From contig CP084167.1 of the NCBI GenBank assembly GCA_021513715.1, forward strand, positions 2,592,001 through 2,656,000: a stretch of DNA of 64,000 bases. The letters are read 5' to 3'. Positions 49,321-61,618 of the stretch are shown one piece after another. The position numbers were made by a program, and so were the translations under genes. Within the stretch, counting starts at the first letter, position 1, and every line of letters starts with the position of its first letter. Source of the stretch: Candidatus Heimdallarchaeum endolithica (GTDB lineage: Archaea > Asgardarchaeota > Heimdallarchaeia > Heimdallarchaeales > Heimdallarchaeaceae). Below the pieces are notes generated by a model, which saw only the letters and a list, made by a program, of their open reading frames with translations, did no database searches and was not told the origin of the DNA.

Positions 49321-49742
49321 CATGGCTCTTTTTTAGCATATCATCATAAAATTCTTCTGTAACATTTTTTGTCACTTTGTGTGCTATAACCTCATTTGTA
49401 TAACTCTGTGTAAAATCAGCTAAAGTGCGAATAATTCCCGCTAAAGCAATTAATAAAGCAGTTTTTATAATTTCTAGAAACGAACTATTTTCTTTTGCTA
49501 ACTCATCAAAAATATCCCCAATTAACATAGGTGTAAAAGATACAGTAGCAATAAAGAAAATAAGGAAAAAAACCATAATACTTACTAGTTTCTTTTCTCT
49601 CAATATATGCTTAAATAACCATCTTTTATAACCCATATACAAACCTGCAATTTAATCTTATTCAAATACCGTTGATTAATCTTCTTTAAAACTTTTTTTT
49701 TAATGCATCTTTTTTACAATAAATAATAGTTTGAAGAGTTTT

Positions 49743-50876
49743 TCAAATCAATAGATGTTTATTTCCGATATTAACCATCTTCAAATGTTTTTTTGCTATA
49801 CTTTCGCAGCTTTCGGCTAGTTCTCTAGAAGTAACAGGTAGATCTTTAAACATATGTTGAGGATAAAAAGCTAATAGGGAGTAAGGAATATTTTCATTTA
49901 AGTCAGCAATAAAAGAAGCAATATTTTCAACTTCTTCTTCATCAATATAACCAGGAACAAGAAGAGTGGTAGCATTTAAAACTGGAAGTTCTGGTCTTTG
50001 TTCAAAATAATTTTTAGCTACAAATTTGAAATTCTCTAGCACTTCTTCATTAGTGACTCCAGTCAAAGCTTTATGTATTTGAGGATTCCAAGCTTTTAAA
50101 TCGAATTTAATGTTTCCTCCAGAAATTAGAGAAAACTCTGCTGCTTTTGAAATATATCTTTGATTTCCAAATCCATTCCACTCCCAACAAATACGAACAA
50201 TCCTTTTTTCTTCTTTAGAGATTTGTAAGACTTTTTTTGATAAATTGAGAGCAAAAGGAAAGTGAGGTTCTGGAGAACCTCCAAAGAAACAGATACACGT
50301 GATTTTTTTGTTAGTTCTAAAAGTATAAAGAAGTTTGTTTAGATTTACTTTTTGTCCTAATCTGATGTTTTTATGATGTTGGTTTTGGCAATACAAACAA
50401 TCAAAGGAACAACCATAAAAAAAAATTGATAAGTTATAGAACCCATATTCTTTACCTTCTCTCATCGCAAATTCTGGAAAACCTGAACCTGTACCTGCAG
50501 GACAAAACCAAGCTGCACAACAATTGCAAGGCAAAGGATCTAGATAGTAATCAAGAATACCTATATTTGAATTTGTGAGAGATATAACTTTTCCTTCTTT
50601 GTTATACTTTAACCCACAGTAGCTTATTCCATTTTTATCTAAGCCGCATTTATGATTGCATAAATTGCAAATAGAACTTAAGTTACTAGGTAGTAATGGT
50701 GGAAGATTCTGTTTTTCTCTTGTTTTTTTATGAGCCTTAAAGATATATTCTTCAGTAGCTTTACTGTTATTTCTTAAACAAGAATTGCAAATAGAAAGGA
50801 TTTGTGATATTTGTTTCTTTTCTCCACATACATCACAAATTTGAGTTGTGTTTCTAGAATGGTTGTTGGAAAACAT
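49743..50876 (-). CDS. Radical SAM protein (PFL-activase / AmmeMemoRadiSam-like) with Cys-rich N-terminus
   Basis: 'GCSFDCLYCQN', 'FFGGSPEP', 'KFDLKA', 'TLLVPGY'. Confidence 0.85.
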   Translation of the reverse strand: MFSNNHSRNTTQICDVCGEKKQISQILSICNSCLRNNSKATEEYIFKAHKKTREKQNLPPLLPSNLSSICNLCNHKCGLDKNGISYCGLKYNKEGKVISLTNSNIGILDYYLDPLPCNCCAAWFCPAGTGSGFPEFAMREGKEYGFYNLSIFFYGCSFDCLYCQNQHHKNIRLGQKVNLNKLLYTFRTNKKITCICFFGGSPEPHFPFALNLSKKVLQISKEEKRIVRICWEWNGFGNQRYISKAAEFSLISGGNIKFDLKAWNPQIHKALTGVTNEEVLENFKFVAKNYFEQRPELPVLNATTLLVPGYIDEEEVENIASFIADLNENIPYSLLAFYPQHMFKDLPVTSRELAESCESIAKKHLKMVNIGNKHLLI

Positions 50877-50944
50877 TCACTATAACTAGGTAATTTATAT
50901 TTCTTAATCTTTTGTTGAAAAAGAAAATGCTAATACTGTTTATT

Positions 50945-51682
50945 TCAAAATCCTTTGTTAGGACATTCTGATGGTCCTAGAAGTAAAGGTAAAAGTTCAG
51001 TTACTGAATTTAAAGTAGCATCAGGTTCTAGCTTTCTTATCTCTTCTTCAGTATACTTCTTATTCTCTCCTAAAATTGCTATAGTTTTTGTTCCTGCTAT
51101 TTTTCCTGCTTTAATATCTTGGGGAAAATCTCCTATCATTACGCATTGGTTAGGTTTCTTCTTTAATTTCTTTAAAGCGTATAGAAGCCCGTCTGCATGT
51201 GGTTTTATTCGTTTTACTGTATTTCTAGTCACAATTACTTTGAACGATTCTAGAATTTTTAGTTTTTCTTTCGCCTTTTCTACAGTTTTATCTCCCGCAC
51301 TAGTAACTAAAGCTAAATTATACCCTCGTGAACGAAGAGTTTCCAATAATTTTCCCACTCCGTTTATAGGTACTATTTCTCTAAAAGCCATAGTATCTGA
51401 AATTAGCTGTTTTGTAATTCTGAAAGTATCTTTCCAAGATATTCCAAGTTCTTTTCTTGATTTTAAGAAGATCCTAGCTTTTAGTACTTTAGATCTACCT
51501 TCTGATGTTGTTAATGTCTCCATTAGCATTCTTTCAAATACGTTAAATAGTTTCTTTTTATCTAAATTTGGACAAACAGCAAATATTGCTCTAAAGAAAG
51601 GAGCTCTATATCTTGTCCAAAGATCAGTTAAAGTTCCATCCATATCAAACAATAAGGTATCTACTTCATTAAAGGCATTCAT
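50945..51682 (-). CDS. HAD-superfamily hydrolase (phosphoglycolate phosphatase-like)
   Basis: 'FDMDGTL', 'LVTS', 'KPHAD', 'MIGDFPQDI'. Confidence 0.9.
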   Translation of the reverse strand: MNAFNEVDTLLFDMDGTLTDLWTRYRAPFFRAIFAVCPNLDKKKLFNVFERMLMETLTTSEGRSKVLKARIFLKSRKELGISWKDTFRITKQLISDTMAFREIVPINGVGKLLETLRSRGYNLALVTSAGDKTVEKAKEKLKILESFKVIVTRNTVKRIKPHADGLLYALKKLKKKPNQCVMIGDFPQDIKAGKIAGTKTIAILGENKKYTEEEIRKLEPDATLNSVTELLPLLLGPSECPNKGF

Positions 51683-51798
51683 ATTGTTTTTTTTTGTGAG
51701 TCATTTAAATTTTTATCTACACTGGTAAAAAAGAAAATTAAATCTGTGCAAGATTATTAAAAAAAGAAATTTTATAAAAAAGAAAAAATGTATTTAGA

Positions 51799-53318
51799 TT
51801 AAATTATTCTTTTTTTGCGAACAGAAATAAGTGTCATTAAGATCATAATAGCTGCTAAGGAGTAACTTAGTGAATAATCTAAAGAAAATGTGTTTAATAA
51901 ATCTGTGTTTGTATCTGTGTTTGTATCTGTGTTTGTATTATTTTCAGTTGGTTCTTCTCCTTCTTCTAAAATTCTTAATTCGTGAATAGATAGTGCTGGT
52001 ATACTTTCGTTGTCATATGTCGCATCAAAATAATTGGGTTCTTCTGATTCATATTGAGCTATATTTGTGAAATATATACTTTCTCCTAGATTGGTTTGGA
52101 AATCTCCTCCTTTAGTATCGCCTGAACTTAAAGGCTTTGAAAACTCTATTTGTCTCATACTCTGGTTATAAATGAAGGTAGCTCGTCCATCAATTGTTCC
52201 TCCAACATCAATGTCGCTAATGGGTCCTCCTTTACTTTGATCAAAGACCATATCTTCATATGATTCTGGTGTTATTACAGCAACATCTGCCCCTTTGTCA
52301 ATTTCAAACATATCTGCTGTTTGACCAAACACAAAAATATTCACATCGCCTTCATCATATTTTTCGTCATATATTTCCAAATAGATATATAGTGTAAATC
52401 CATCAGTAACAAATCGAATTTCTCCATCAAAACGATTATCGTCTTGGATATAGTGGTTTTCCCAATCTACGAAATAAATAGTCACGTGATAATTTATTGC
52501 ACTATTCCAAAAATCTTCGTTTGCAAAACCATCATAAGTAATTTCTACTGAAGAAAGATAAACACACTCATAAACCTGGTCAGAAAGTAACCAATTGATT
52601 TTTCCTCCCATTTCTGGTGTGTGTATAATATCTCCGTTATCAGTACCAAGTGAAAGGCGAATATATTTGAACGTAGAACCATCAGCAATAGACCAGTTGG
52701 GGCCACCAGGAGTAGTTTTGTCAATCCAAGCTATAATAAAAACACCAATTGAGTTTCCATAAGCTAGATTAAAATCAAAACCATTGTTATCATTAGACTG
52801 TAGTTCTTTTTGAAATTCAAAATAAGAACCATCACTAGTCATTTTCATAAATGCATTAACATTATTCTGCCCTCCTCTCTCTACATCATTAAAAGGTTCT
52901 ACGAAAAAAGAATCAAAACCATGATCTTCGACTCTATTATCTGAAGTGTTCATAAAAATTGAATCAATTGTTTCTCCTTGTTCTTCTCTCCCAAAGAACA
53001 TTATCTCTGTTGCATAAACTTGTCCTTCTAGATTAGGAATATAAACAAAACCATAAAGAAATGAGTTGTCATATGCAAAATTTACTTTTGCAGAAACAAC
53101 TATAGGGGGATCGTGGGGTTCTATTGGAAACAAATTTATCTCCACAAGGGAACTATTATCCCATTCTTGAAAGATTCCATCTAACACAATAGTGTCGTTA
53201 TAAGAAGCAATTATTGAGGGGTTATCTATTGTTTTACCATAGAGTAAATTGATTTTTGTAGTTAATCCAATTAGAAGGCAAGGAAAAAAATTATTGAAAA
53301 AATTTTTCTATGCCTCAT
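51799..53318 (-). CDS. Secreted, C-terminally anchored protein with two DOMON/CBM9-like repeats; frameshift in the signal-peptide region
   Basis: Two internal repeats ('LDG..EW...D...LY...D..RGG...EF.K.L.S.D..G.DF'); ATG at 53318 with GGTGA is out of frame with the body. Confidence 0.65.
51901..51936 (+). repeat. 12-bp tandem repeat x3 (ATCTGTGTTTGT) encoding a TNTD linker
   Basis: Three exact copies, in the linker before the membrane anchor. Confidence 0.9.
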
Positions 53319-53445
53319 TTTATCACCAACTATATTTGCTTAGACAATGTTTTGATAATATGTATTTTTTTTCAAAAAGGTAATTTGTAAAAAGAAAAAA
53401 ACATTCGTTTTTTTGCAATATGGTTGTGTGAAATTGCTATCTAAA

Positions 53446-54603
53446 TTAGTTTTTCTTTTTTTGAGTAATAAGGGTTATGACAACTGTTGCTACGATTAGA
53501 CTTATTCCACCTATAATAAAAGCTGGATATATAGGTTTAGACGGAATTGGTATTTGTTCATCTTCAATTCCCATTAATTTGTTAAGTGCTGCAGTAGCAT
53601 TTACCAGACCATAACCAAAGTATTTATCTTTTCCTTCATCTCCAAGATCAGTTGCTGTTTCACGTAAAATTTTCCTTATTTCTTCGACAGAGATAGTGTT
53701 ATTTAGTGATTTCATTAAAGCTATTATCCCCGCAATTTGAGGTGCAGCAAAAGAAGTCCCCCACCCAAAAACATAACCTTCTGGAGGATAAGTCCCTTTT
53801 ATTCCTGTCCCTTCATCTCCTACAGGAGCTACTAATTCAGTCCACTCTCCATAATTACTATAATCAGCTTTTTCTCGATCATAATTTGTTGCTCCTACTG
53901 CAATTACTTCATCATAAGCTCCAGGATAAGACATTATCTCTTTTCCTCCCCCATATGAAAGCCAAGAGTTGCCAGTTATTGAGACTACTGCAACATTATT
54001 TTCTATAGCATAAACTATATCGTCGTGATAATCTTCACTTTCAGAATAGTATTGTAAGCTTAAATTAATTACATCTGCTCCATTATCTACAGCATATCTT
54101 ATTGCATCACCTAATCCTTCTAACGTAGTTCCTTGATAATTATCTGACTTTAGTACTCGAATATCCATAATAGTTACGTTGGGTGCTACTCCTGCGGTTC
54201 CCTCACCATTGGTTGGAGCTGCAATAATTCCAGCAATAAATGTAGCATGCCAATGAATAGGGTCATCTTCTTCTGGGCCAGGGATGCTGTCATTAGAAAC
54301 AAAATCCCAACCATGTATATCATCAATATAACCATTATTATCATCGTCAATGGAATTGTTCGCTATTTCATCTTCATTAATCCAAGCTACATTCTGTAAC
54401 TCTGGATGAGAAAAATCTATTCCACTATCAATAACGGCAATAGTAATATCTCTCGAACCATTAGTCAGTTTCCAAGCTCCATAAATATTAATTTGATCGA
54501 AATACCAAGGATTTTCACTGGAAATAGCAAAAGTGTCAAAATAATAGCTAAACTGATTTAAAAGGAATAATAGAACAATTCCAATTATAACTTGTCTTTT
54601 CAT
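53446..54603 (-). CDS. Subtilisin-like S8 serine protease, membrane-anchored
   Basis: Triad 'AVIDSG', 'HATFIAG', 'GTSFAAP'; signal peptide; C-terminal TM + KKKN. Confidence 0.92.
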   Translation of the reverse strand: MKRQVIIGIVLLFLLNQFSYYFDTFAISSENPWYFDQINIYGAWKLTNGSRDITIAVIDSGIDFSHPELQNVAWINEDEIANNSIDDDNNGYIDDIHGWDFVSNDSIPGPEEDDPIHWHATFIAGIIAAPTNGEGTAGVAPNVTIMDIRVLKSDNYQGTTLEGLGDAIRYAVDNGADVINLSLQYYSESEDYHDDIVYAIENNVAVVSITGNSWLSYGGGKEIMSYPGAYDEVIAVGATNYDREKADYSNYGEWTELVAPVGDEGTGIKGTYPPEGYVFGWGTSFAAPQIAGIIALMKSLNNTISVEEIRKILRETATDLGDEGKDKYFGYGLVNATAALNKLMGIEDEQIPIPSKPIYPAFIIGGISLIVATVVITLITQKKKN

Positions 54604-54694
54604 AATTTATAACTAGATTATGGAAATATATAAGACTATAGTAATAATGAAGGATAAACACTAAAAAACGTTCGTTGAAATAATTTAAGAATAA

Positions 54695-57829
<3,135 letters not shown>

Positions 57830-57865
57830 GATAAATAATAAAAATAACAACAAAATTTTTGTTCT

Positions 57866-58687
57866 ATGAAAGGAAAGAGAGGAAAAAACTTTCGTGTAGT
57901 CCCATTTGAGAAAAATCGGAAAATTATTCTAGATTTACTTGAGCAAGGAAAGAAAAGAAATCATGTGAAAGCTTTAGTTGAAGTTGATGTAACTGATGCT
58001 AGAGAGTTTTTTAAAAAATACAAAGAAATTAAAGGAGAAAAACTTTCTTTTACTGCATGGATTATATATTGTGTAGCTAAAGCAATAGATGAAAATATAG
58101 CAGTAAATGCATATAGAAAGGGAAGAAAAAAAATAGTTATTTTTGATGAAGTTGATGTAGGAACAATTATTGAAAGAGAAATTGATGGAAAAAAAATACC
58201 TAGAAAATATATAATTAGAGAAGCAAATAGAAAGAGTTTGATAGATATTCATAATGAAATAAGGGATGTTCAAAGAAAAGAGATTAGTGGGCCTATACTA
58301 GGAAGTAAAAAGGAAACAAAATTTGTTAACTTTTTTGCTTCTTTGCCTAAGTTTATACGAAAAATTTTCTGGTGGTGGACAAAACAAAAACCTGAATTTA
58401 GAAAGAAAATGTTAGGGACGATTACAGTTTCATCAGTTGGTATGTTTGGAAGAACAGGAGGGTGGGGAATAGTTATCTCTTCTGAAACTATTCATGTTCT
58501 GATAGGCGGAATAGCTAGAAAACTTGGTGTGGTGGGTAATGAAATCTTGATTAGAGAGTACTTAGATCTTACATTAATGGCTGACCACTCAATTATTGAC
58601 GGGGGGCCTATAGCCAAACTTCTTCAACGACTCATTGATTTGATAGAAAACTCATATGGATTAGATGACAATCTGATAAAATCATAA
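57866..58687 (+). CDS. Stand-alone 2-oxoacid dehydrogenase acyltransferase (E2) catalytic-domain protein
   Basis: 'EVDVT', 'GTITVSSVG', 'DHSIIDG'; no lipoyl domain. Confidence 0.8.
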   Translation: MKGKRGKNFRVVPFEKNRKIILDLLEQGKKRNHVKALVEVDVTDAREFFKKYKEIKGEKLSFTAWIIYCVAKAIDENIAVNAYRKGRKKIVIFDEVDVGTIIEREIDGKKIPRKYIIREANRKSLIDIHNEIRDVQRKEISGPILGSKKETKFVNFFASLPKFIRKIFWWWTKQKPEFRKKMLGTITVSSVGMFGRTGGWGIVISSETIHVLIGGIARKLGVVGNEILIREYLDLTLMADHSIIDGGPIAKLLQRLIDLIENSYGLDDNLIKS

Positions 58688-58722
58688 ACAAAAACAAAAA
58701 ATGAAAAAGAGAAAAAGAAGAT

Positions 58723-59265
58723 TTATACTTTATCTGTTATGTGGTCAACAATCCTGAAAAGCATTGCAATAGGTGTTAAAGCTCCAAGTATGTAAACAAA
58801 GAAGTTGATAATTATAACAACTATTGGTACAGGGATATATAGGGAACCAATTGATAGACCTATTAAGATAACTAAGAATATGATAAATCCTAAAAGTATT
58901 TTCAAGGATCCACCAAAAGCACCAATGAAACTTACTTTTTTAGAGAATTTTGGTCCTCTTGTGGCAGTGAAAATAAAAGCTGCAAAACCACCAATCATTA
59001 TAAACAAGAATCCTAAGATTATTAGCACAAAACCAATAATACTTGCTACATTTCCAAAAAACGCCGTGGGGTCAAGTAGTACGCTGAAGTCGCCTCCAAA
59101 CAAAGCTAAAAGTGCAGTAAAGTCAAATAAGAAAAATCCTCCTACAACTAAACCAAAACCAATTATATTGTAAACTATTGCTACCAGTATGTAGATAATC
59201 GCTCTTCCATACGATTCAAAAAAATTCGAGATTCCCGACTGTTCTTTATAAACCATTTTTTTCAC
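58723..59265 (-). CDS. Four-TM membrane protein of unknown function
   Basis: 180 aa, hydrophobic, GGTGA upstream. Confidence 0.7.
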   Translation of the reverse strand: MKKMVYKEQSGISNFFESYGRAIIYILVAIVYNIIGFGLVVGGFFLFDFTALLALFGGDFSVLLDPTAFFGNVASIIGFVLIILGFLFIMIGGFAAFIFTATRGPKFSKKVSFIGAFGGSLKILLGFIIFLVILIGLSIGSLYIPVPIVVIIINFFVYILGALTPIAMLFRIVDHITDKV

Positions 59266-59338
59266 CTAATATTTTATTTTATGAAGATTTAGTAGAGGAG
59301 ACATATAAATCTTTGCTATCTCGGTGGTAAAAAATCTT

Positions 59339-59770
59339 TTACTGCTTGAAAATAATTGGTGTAATATAGAGCTTTCCTCCGATAACAGCTTTAAAGGAGA
59401 GAATGTCCTCGGAAAAATCTTTTATTTGCCTTGCTTTTCCTTTAAGAAAAATCGTTTCCAAACACAATTCGTGAGTAATATGAGCATGCATAGTTGATAC
59501 GATTATTTCGTCGTTATCATGTTGTATTTGAGTTAGTTTCTCTGAGCTATTAAAAGAATGGTGGTCATATAAATAAGTTAAACTTCCAACAACTTGAACA
59601 TTAGGGTCAACGTTAAGTTCAGATTTAGCTAAATGCTCCCTTACTATAAATCTAATAGCTTCAGACCTATTAGGAAATTTTTTTTCTTTTATCCATTCAT
59701 CAAGATTTGAAAGTAACTCAGGTTCGAAAGACACTCCTGTTCTAGTGACATAGGTCTTTTTTTCTTTCAT
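59339..59770 (-). CDS. nikR: Nickel-responsive transcriptional regulator
   Basis: RHH 'RTGVSF...NRSEAIR', 'YDHH', 'QH', 'HAHITHELCLE'. Confidence 0.93.
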   Translation of the reverse strand: MKEKKTYVTRTGVSFEPELLSNLDEWIKEKKFPNRSEAIRFIVREHLAKSELNVDPNVQVVGSLTYLYDHHSFNSSEKLTQIQHDNDEIIVSTMHAHITHELCLETIFLKGKARQIKDFSEDILSFKAVIGGKLYITPIIFKQ

Positions 59771-59894
59771 AATTTTCTAATAGCTTTCAAGATTAAAGAA
59801 TATTTCCTAAATGAACTTTATTTTTTAATTATAAGAGAATAACTTAATTAGAAAATAAAATTCAATTTTTTTGTTATTCTATAAAGATGGTACT

Positions 59895-60913
59895 TGTTTA
59901 CTCAATAGACTTGGGTTACACTTTTGGGTACTAGAGAAACATAGGGGTGATTCATAAATCTTTCTCCTGGGGTGAGGAAGTTAAGAGATTGGTGAGGACG
60001 ACTAAAATTGTAGTAAGAGCGGTAGTAGGAGAGATCTACGTTGCAGTATTTTAGACCTAATCTTTCCATCTCACGGATGATTGTTGGGTCCCATGTAGTC
60101 TTTCTACTTTTCCACATGTTTCGGGGTGAAAAACTCTAGCTCTGATGTGTTTTATTCCTTCTGTTTGACACCAACGGGAGAAGGTACTTGTTCCTCCTCT
60201 AACGGAAGAGAAGAGTGCTCCATTGTCCGTGAGGATAGACTCGGGGTGACCATATTTTTCTATTGCTTCTTCTAGCAAGCTTATTATTTGCTCTTTTTTT
60301 GGTGCAAAAGGGTGGAATTTAGCTCCCAGACAGAATCGTGAGTGGTCGTCTATCAAGGTTATGAGGTGAAGATGTTGTCCCTGTTCTTCTACCCAGAATG
60401 GCCCTTTCACATCTATTTGCCAGAGTTCGTTAGGTTTTTGACGTTCAAAACTCTTGTATCGAGGTCTCTTCCTCTTTTTTCTATTAACCCATAAAGAAAG
60501 ACCTAACTCTTTTATTACTTTCGTCACTGTCGTCTGAGAGAGTGCTTTTCCTTCTCTCTTCAACAAATAAGCTATCTTCTCCACATTCATTCCTTGTTTT
60601 ATTCTTAACTCCCTTATCCTCTCTTTTAACGCCTCATCTACTTTTTTGTGTATAGTTTTTGGTCTGGAAGATCTATCTTTCCACCAACCATTCTCCTTCA
60701 GGGTTCTCTCTGAACCTCTTCAACCACTTATACACAAACTTCCTACTCACCATATACTTGTGAGCTATCTCTTTTATCTTCTCTCCTTCCAAAGCTTTTT
60801 TAACCACAATCTTTCTTAGTTTCTCCAGGTTACGTTCGTTTTTATTCATAATATATCACTTACCCACGTAACCCACTTCTATTTATTTGTTACCAATGTG
60901 AGTTGAGTATACA
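59895..60913 (-). mobile_element. IS481-like insertion sequence, copy 3 (1019 bp)
   Basis: Same termini as copies 1 and 2; 16-bp direct repeat CTATAAAGATGGTACT at 59879-59894 and 60914-60929. Confidence 0.95.
59902..60849 (-). pseudogene. Frameshifted IS481-family transposase
   Basis: Relative to copy 2: +4 bp (ACCA duplication, ~60687) and +5 bp (GTTGG, ~60083) break the ORF. Confidence 0.9.
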
Positions 60914-61101
60914 CTATAAAGATGGTACTGATAAATAATTAATTTTGCTAAATTTTTTTTAAATATAAAAACTTATCTTTTTTAACTATTGTGTGTCCCA
61001 AACTTAATTTTTTTAATAACTTTATTACCTACCACTACTCTTTTATTTTAGTTAAAATGTTTAAAGAAAACTTAATTTAAAATTAATTGGAGGCTTAGAA
61101 A

Positions 61102-61488
61102 ATGGAGCCTGGTGAATACATGATGGATTGGTGGGGTATTCCCTTTGTGGGGTATATGATGATTGGAGTAGTACTTGTGATTGTATTAATTGCGTTTCTG
61201 AAATATTTAGATGCAGAAAAACGTGGGCTGAATGGTTTATTGTGGCTTTTCTTGGTTATTGTACCAATGATAAGTGTAGTATCTATTATAGTCTATCTCA
61301 TAATAAGAATTGATTATCCTGTACAGCAACCAGTTGAACAAAGTTTGTTACACAAAGCACAAGTCTATCACAAAAACCCAACATCAATGCTTACTGCTTT
61401 AGCAAATCTTGATGAACATTATGCTAATAGTGAAATAACTCGTGAAGATTACTATCAGATGAAAAGGGACATTGAGTTATCTCAATAA
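61102..61488 (+). CDS. Small membrane protein with C-terminal SHOCT-like motif
   Basis: 'DAEKRGLNGLLW' between two TM helices; 'LDEHYANSEITREDYYQMK'. Confidence 0.75.
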   Translation: MEPGEYMMDWWGIPFVGYMMIGVVLVIVLIAFLKYLDAEKRGLNGLLWLFLVIVPMISVVSIIVYLIIRIDYPVQQPVEQSLLHKAQVYHKNPTSMLTALANLDEHYANSEITREDYYQMKRDIELSQ

Positions 61489-61618
61489 AAATAACATACT
61501 CTTTTTTATTTTTCATTTATAGGAAATATTAATAAGATCAATAAAAAACACAAATTTTTAATGTAAAGTAAAAAATTTTCTGCTTATCATTTCTGTTATT
61601 CTCATTTTTCTGATATTT

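Larger units (their letters stand above)
46045..49636 (-). pseudogene. ABC exporter (degenerate-site half) interrupted by a TnpB element
   Basis: Removing 47488-49320 and one CATG joins ...MLKKSH to EFHDRVRIGDIMARATYD... in frame (584 aa from ATG 49636); 'GSPGSGKS', 'LSGGQKQR', 'FDDASS'. Confidence 0.92.

Noticed and set aside
47484-49324. TnpB element mobilised by the neighbouring IS481-like transposase (TG-n-TTTACT resembles TGTTTACT)
   Set aside because: The similarity is only about 8 nt, and all three IS481-like copies make 16-bp duplications, which this element lacks.
47484-49324. Insert as an archaeal bulge-helix-bulge intron or an IStron
   Set aside because: CAUG/CAUG could form a 4-bp helix, but the two 3-nt bulges with flanking helices are not formed; the 140-nt low-complexity 5' region shows no group I intron core.
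49304-49642. Independent 112-aa membrane protein
   Set aside because: It is the 5' part of the interrupted ABC gene; its last residues (ALLFA-stop) are read from the element's terminal repeat.
50955-51728. 257-aa plus-strand ORF
   Set aside because: Antisense shadow of the HAD hydrolase with no motif of its own; the other short antisense or nested ORFs in the track were dismissed for the same reason.
59902-60849. Programmed frameshifting in IS copy 3
   Set aside because: Copies 1 and 2 have one continuous ORF; the breaks are 4- and 5-bp insertions without slippery sites.
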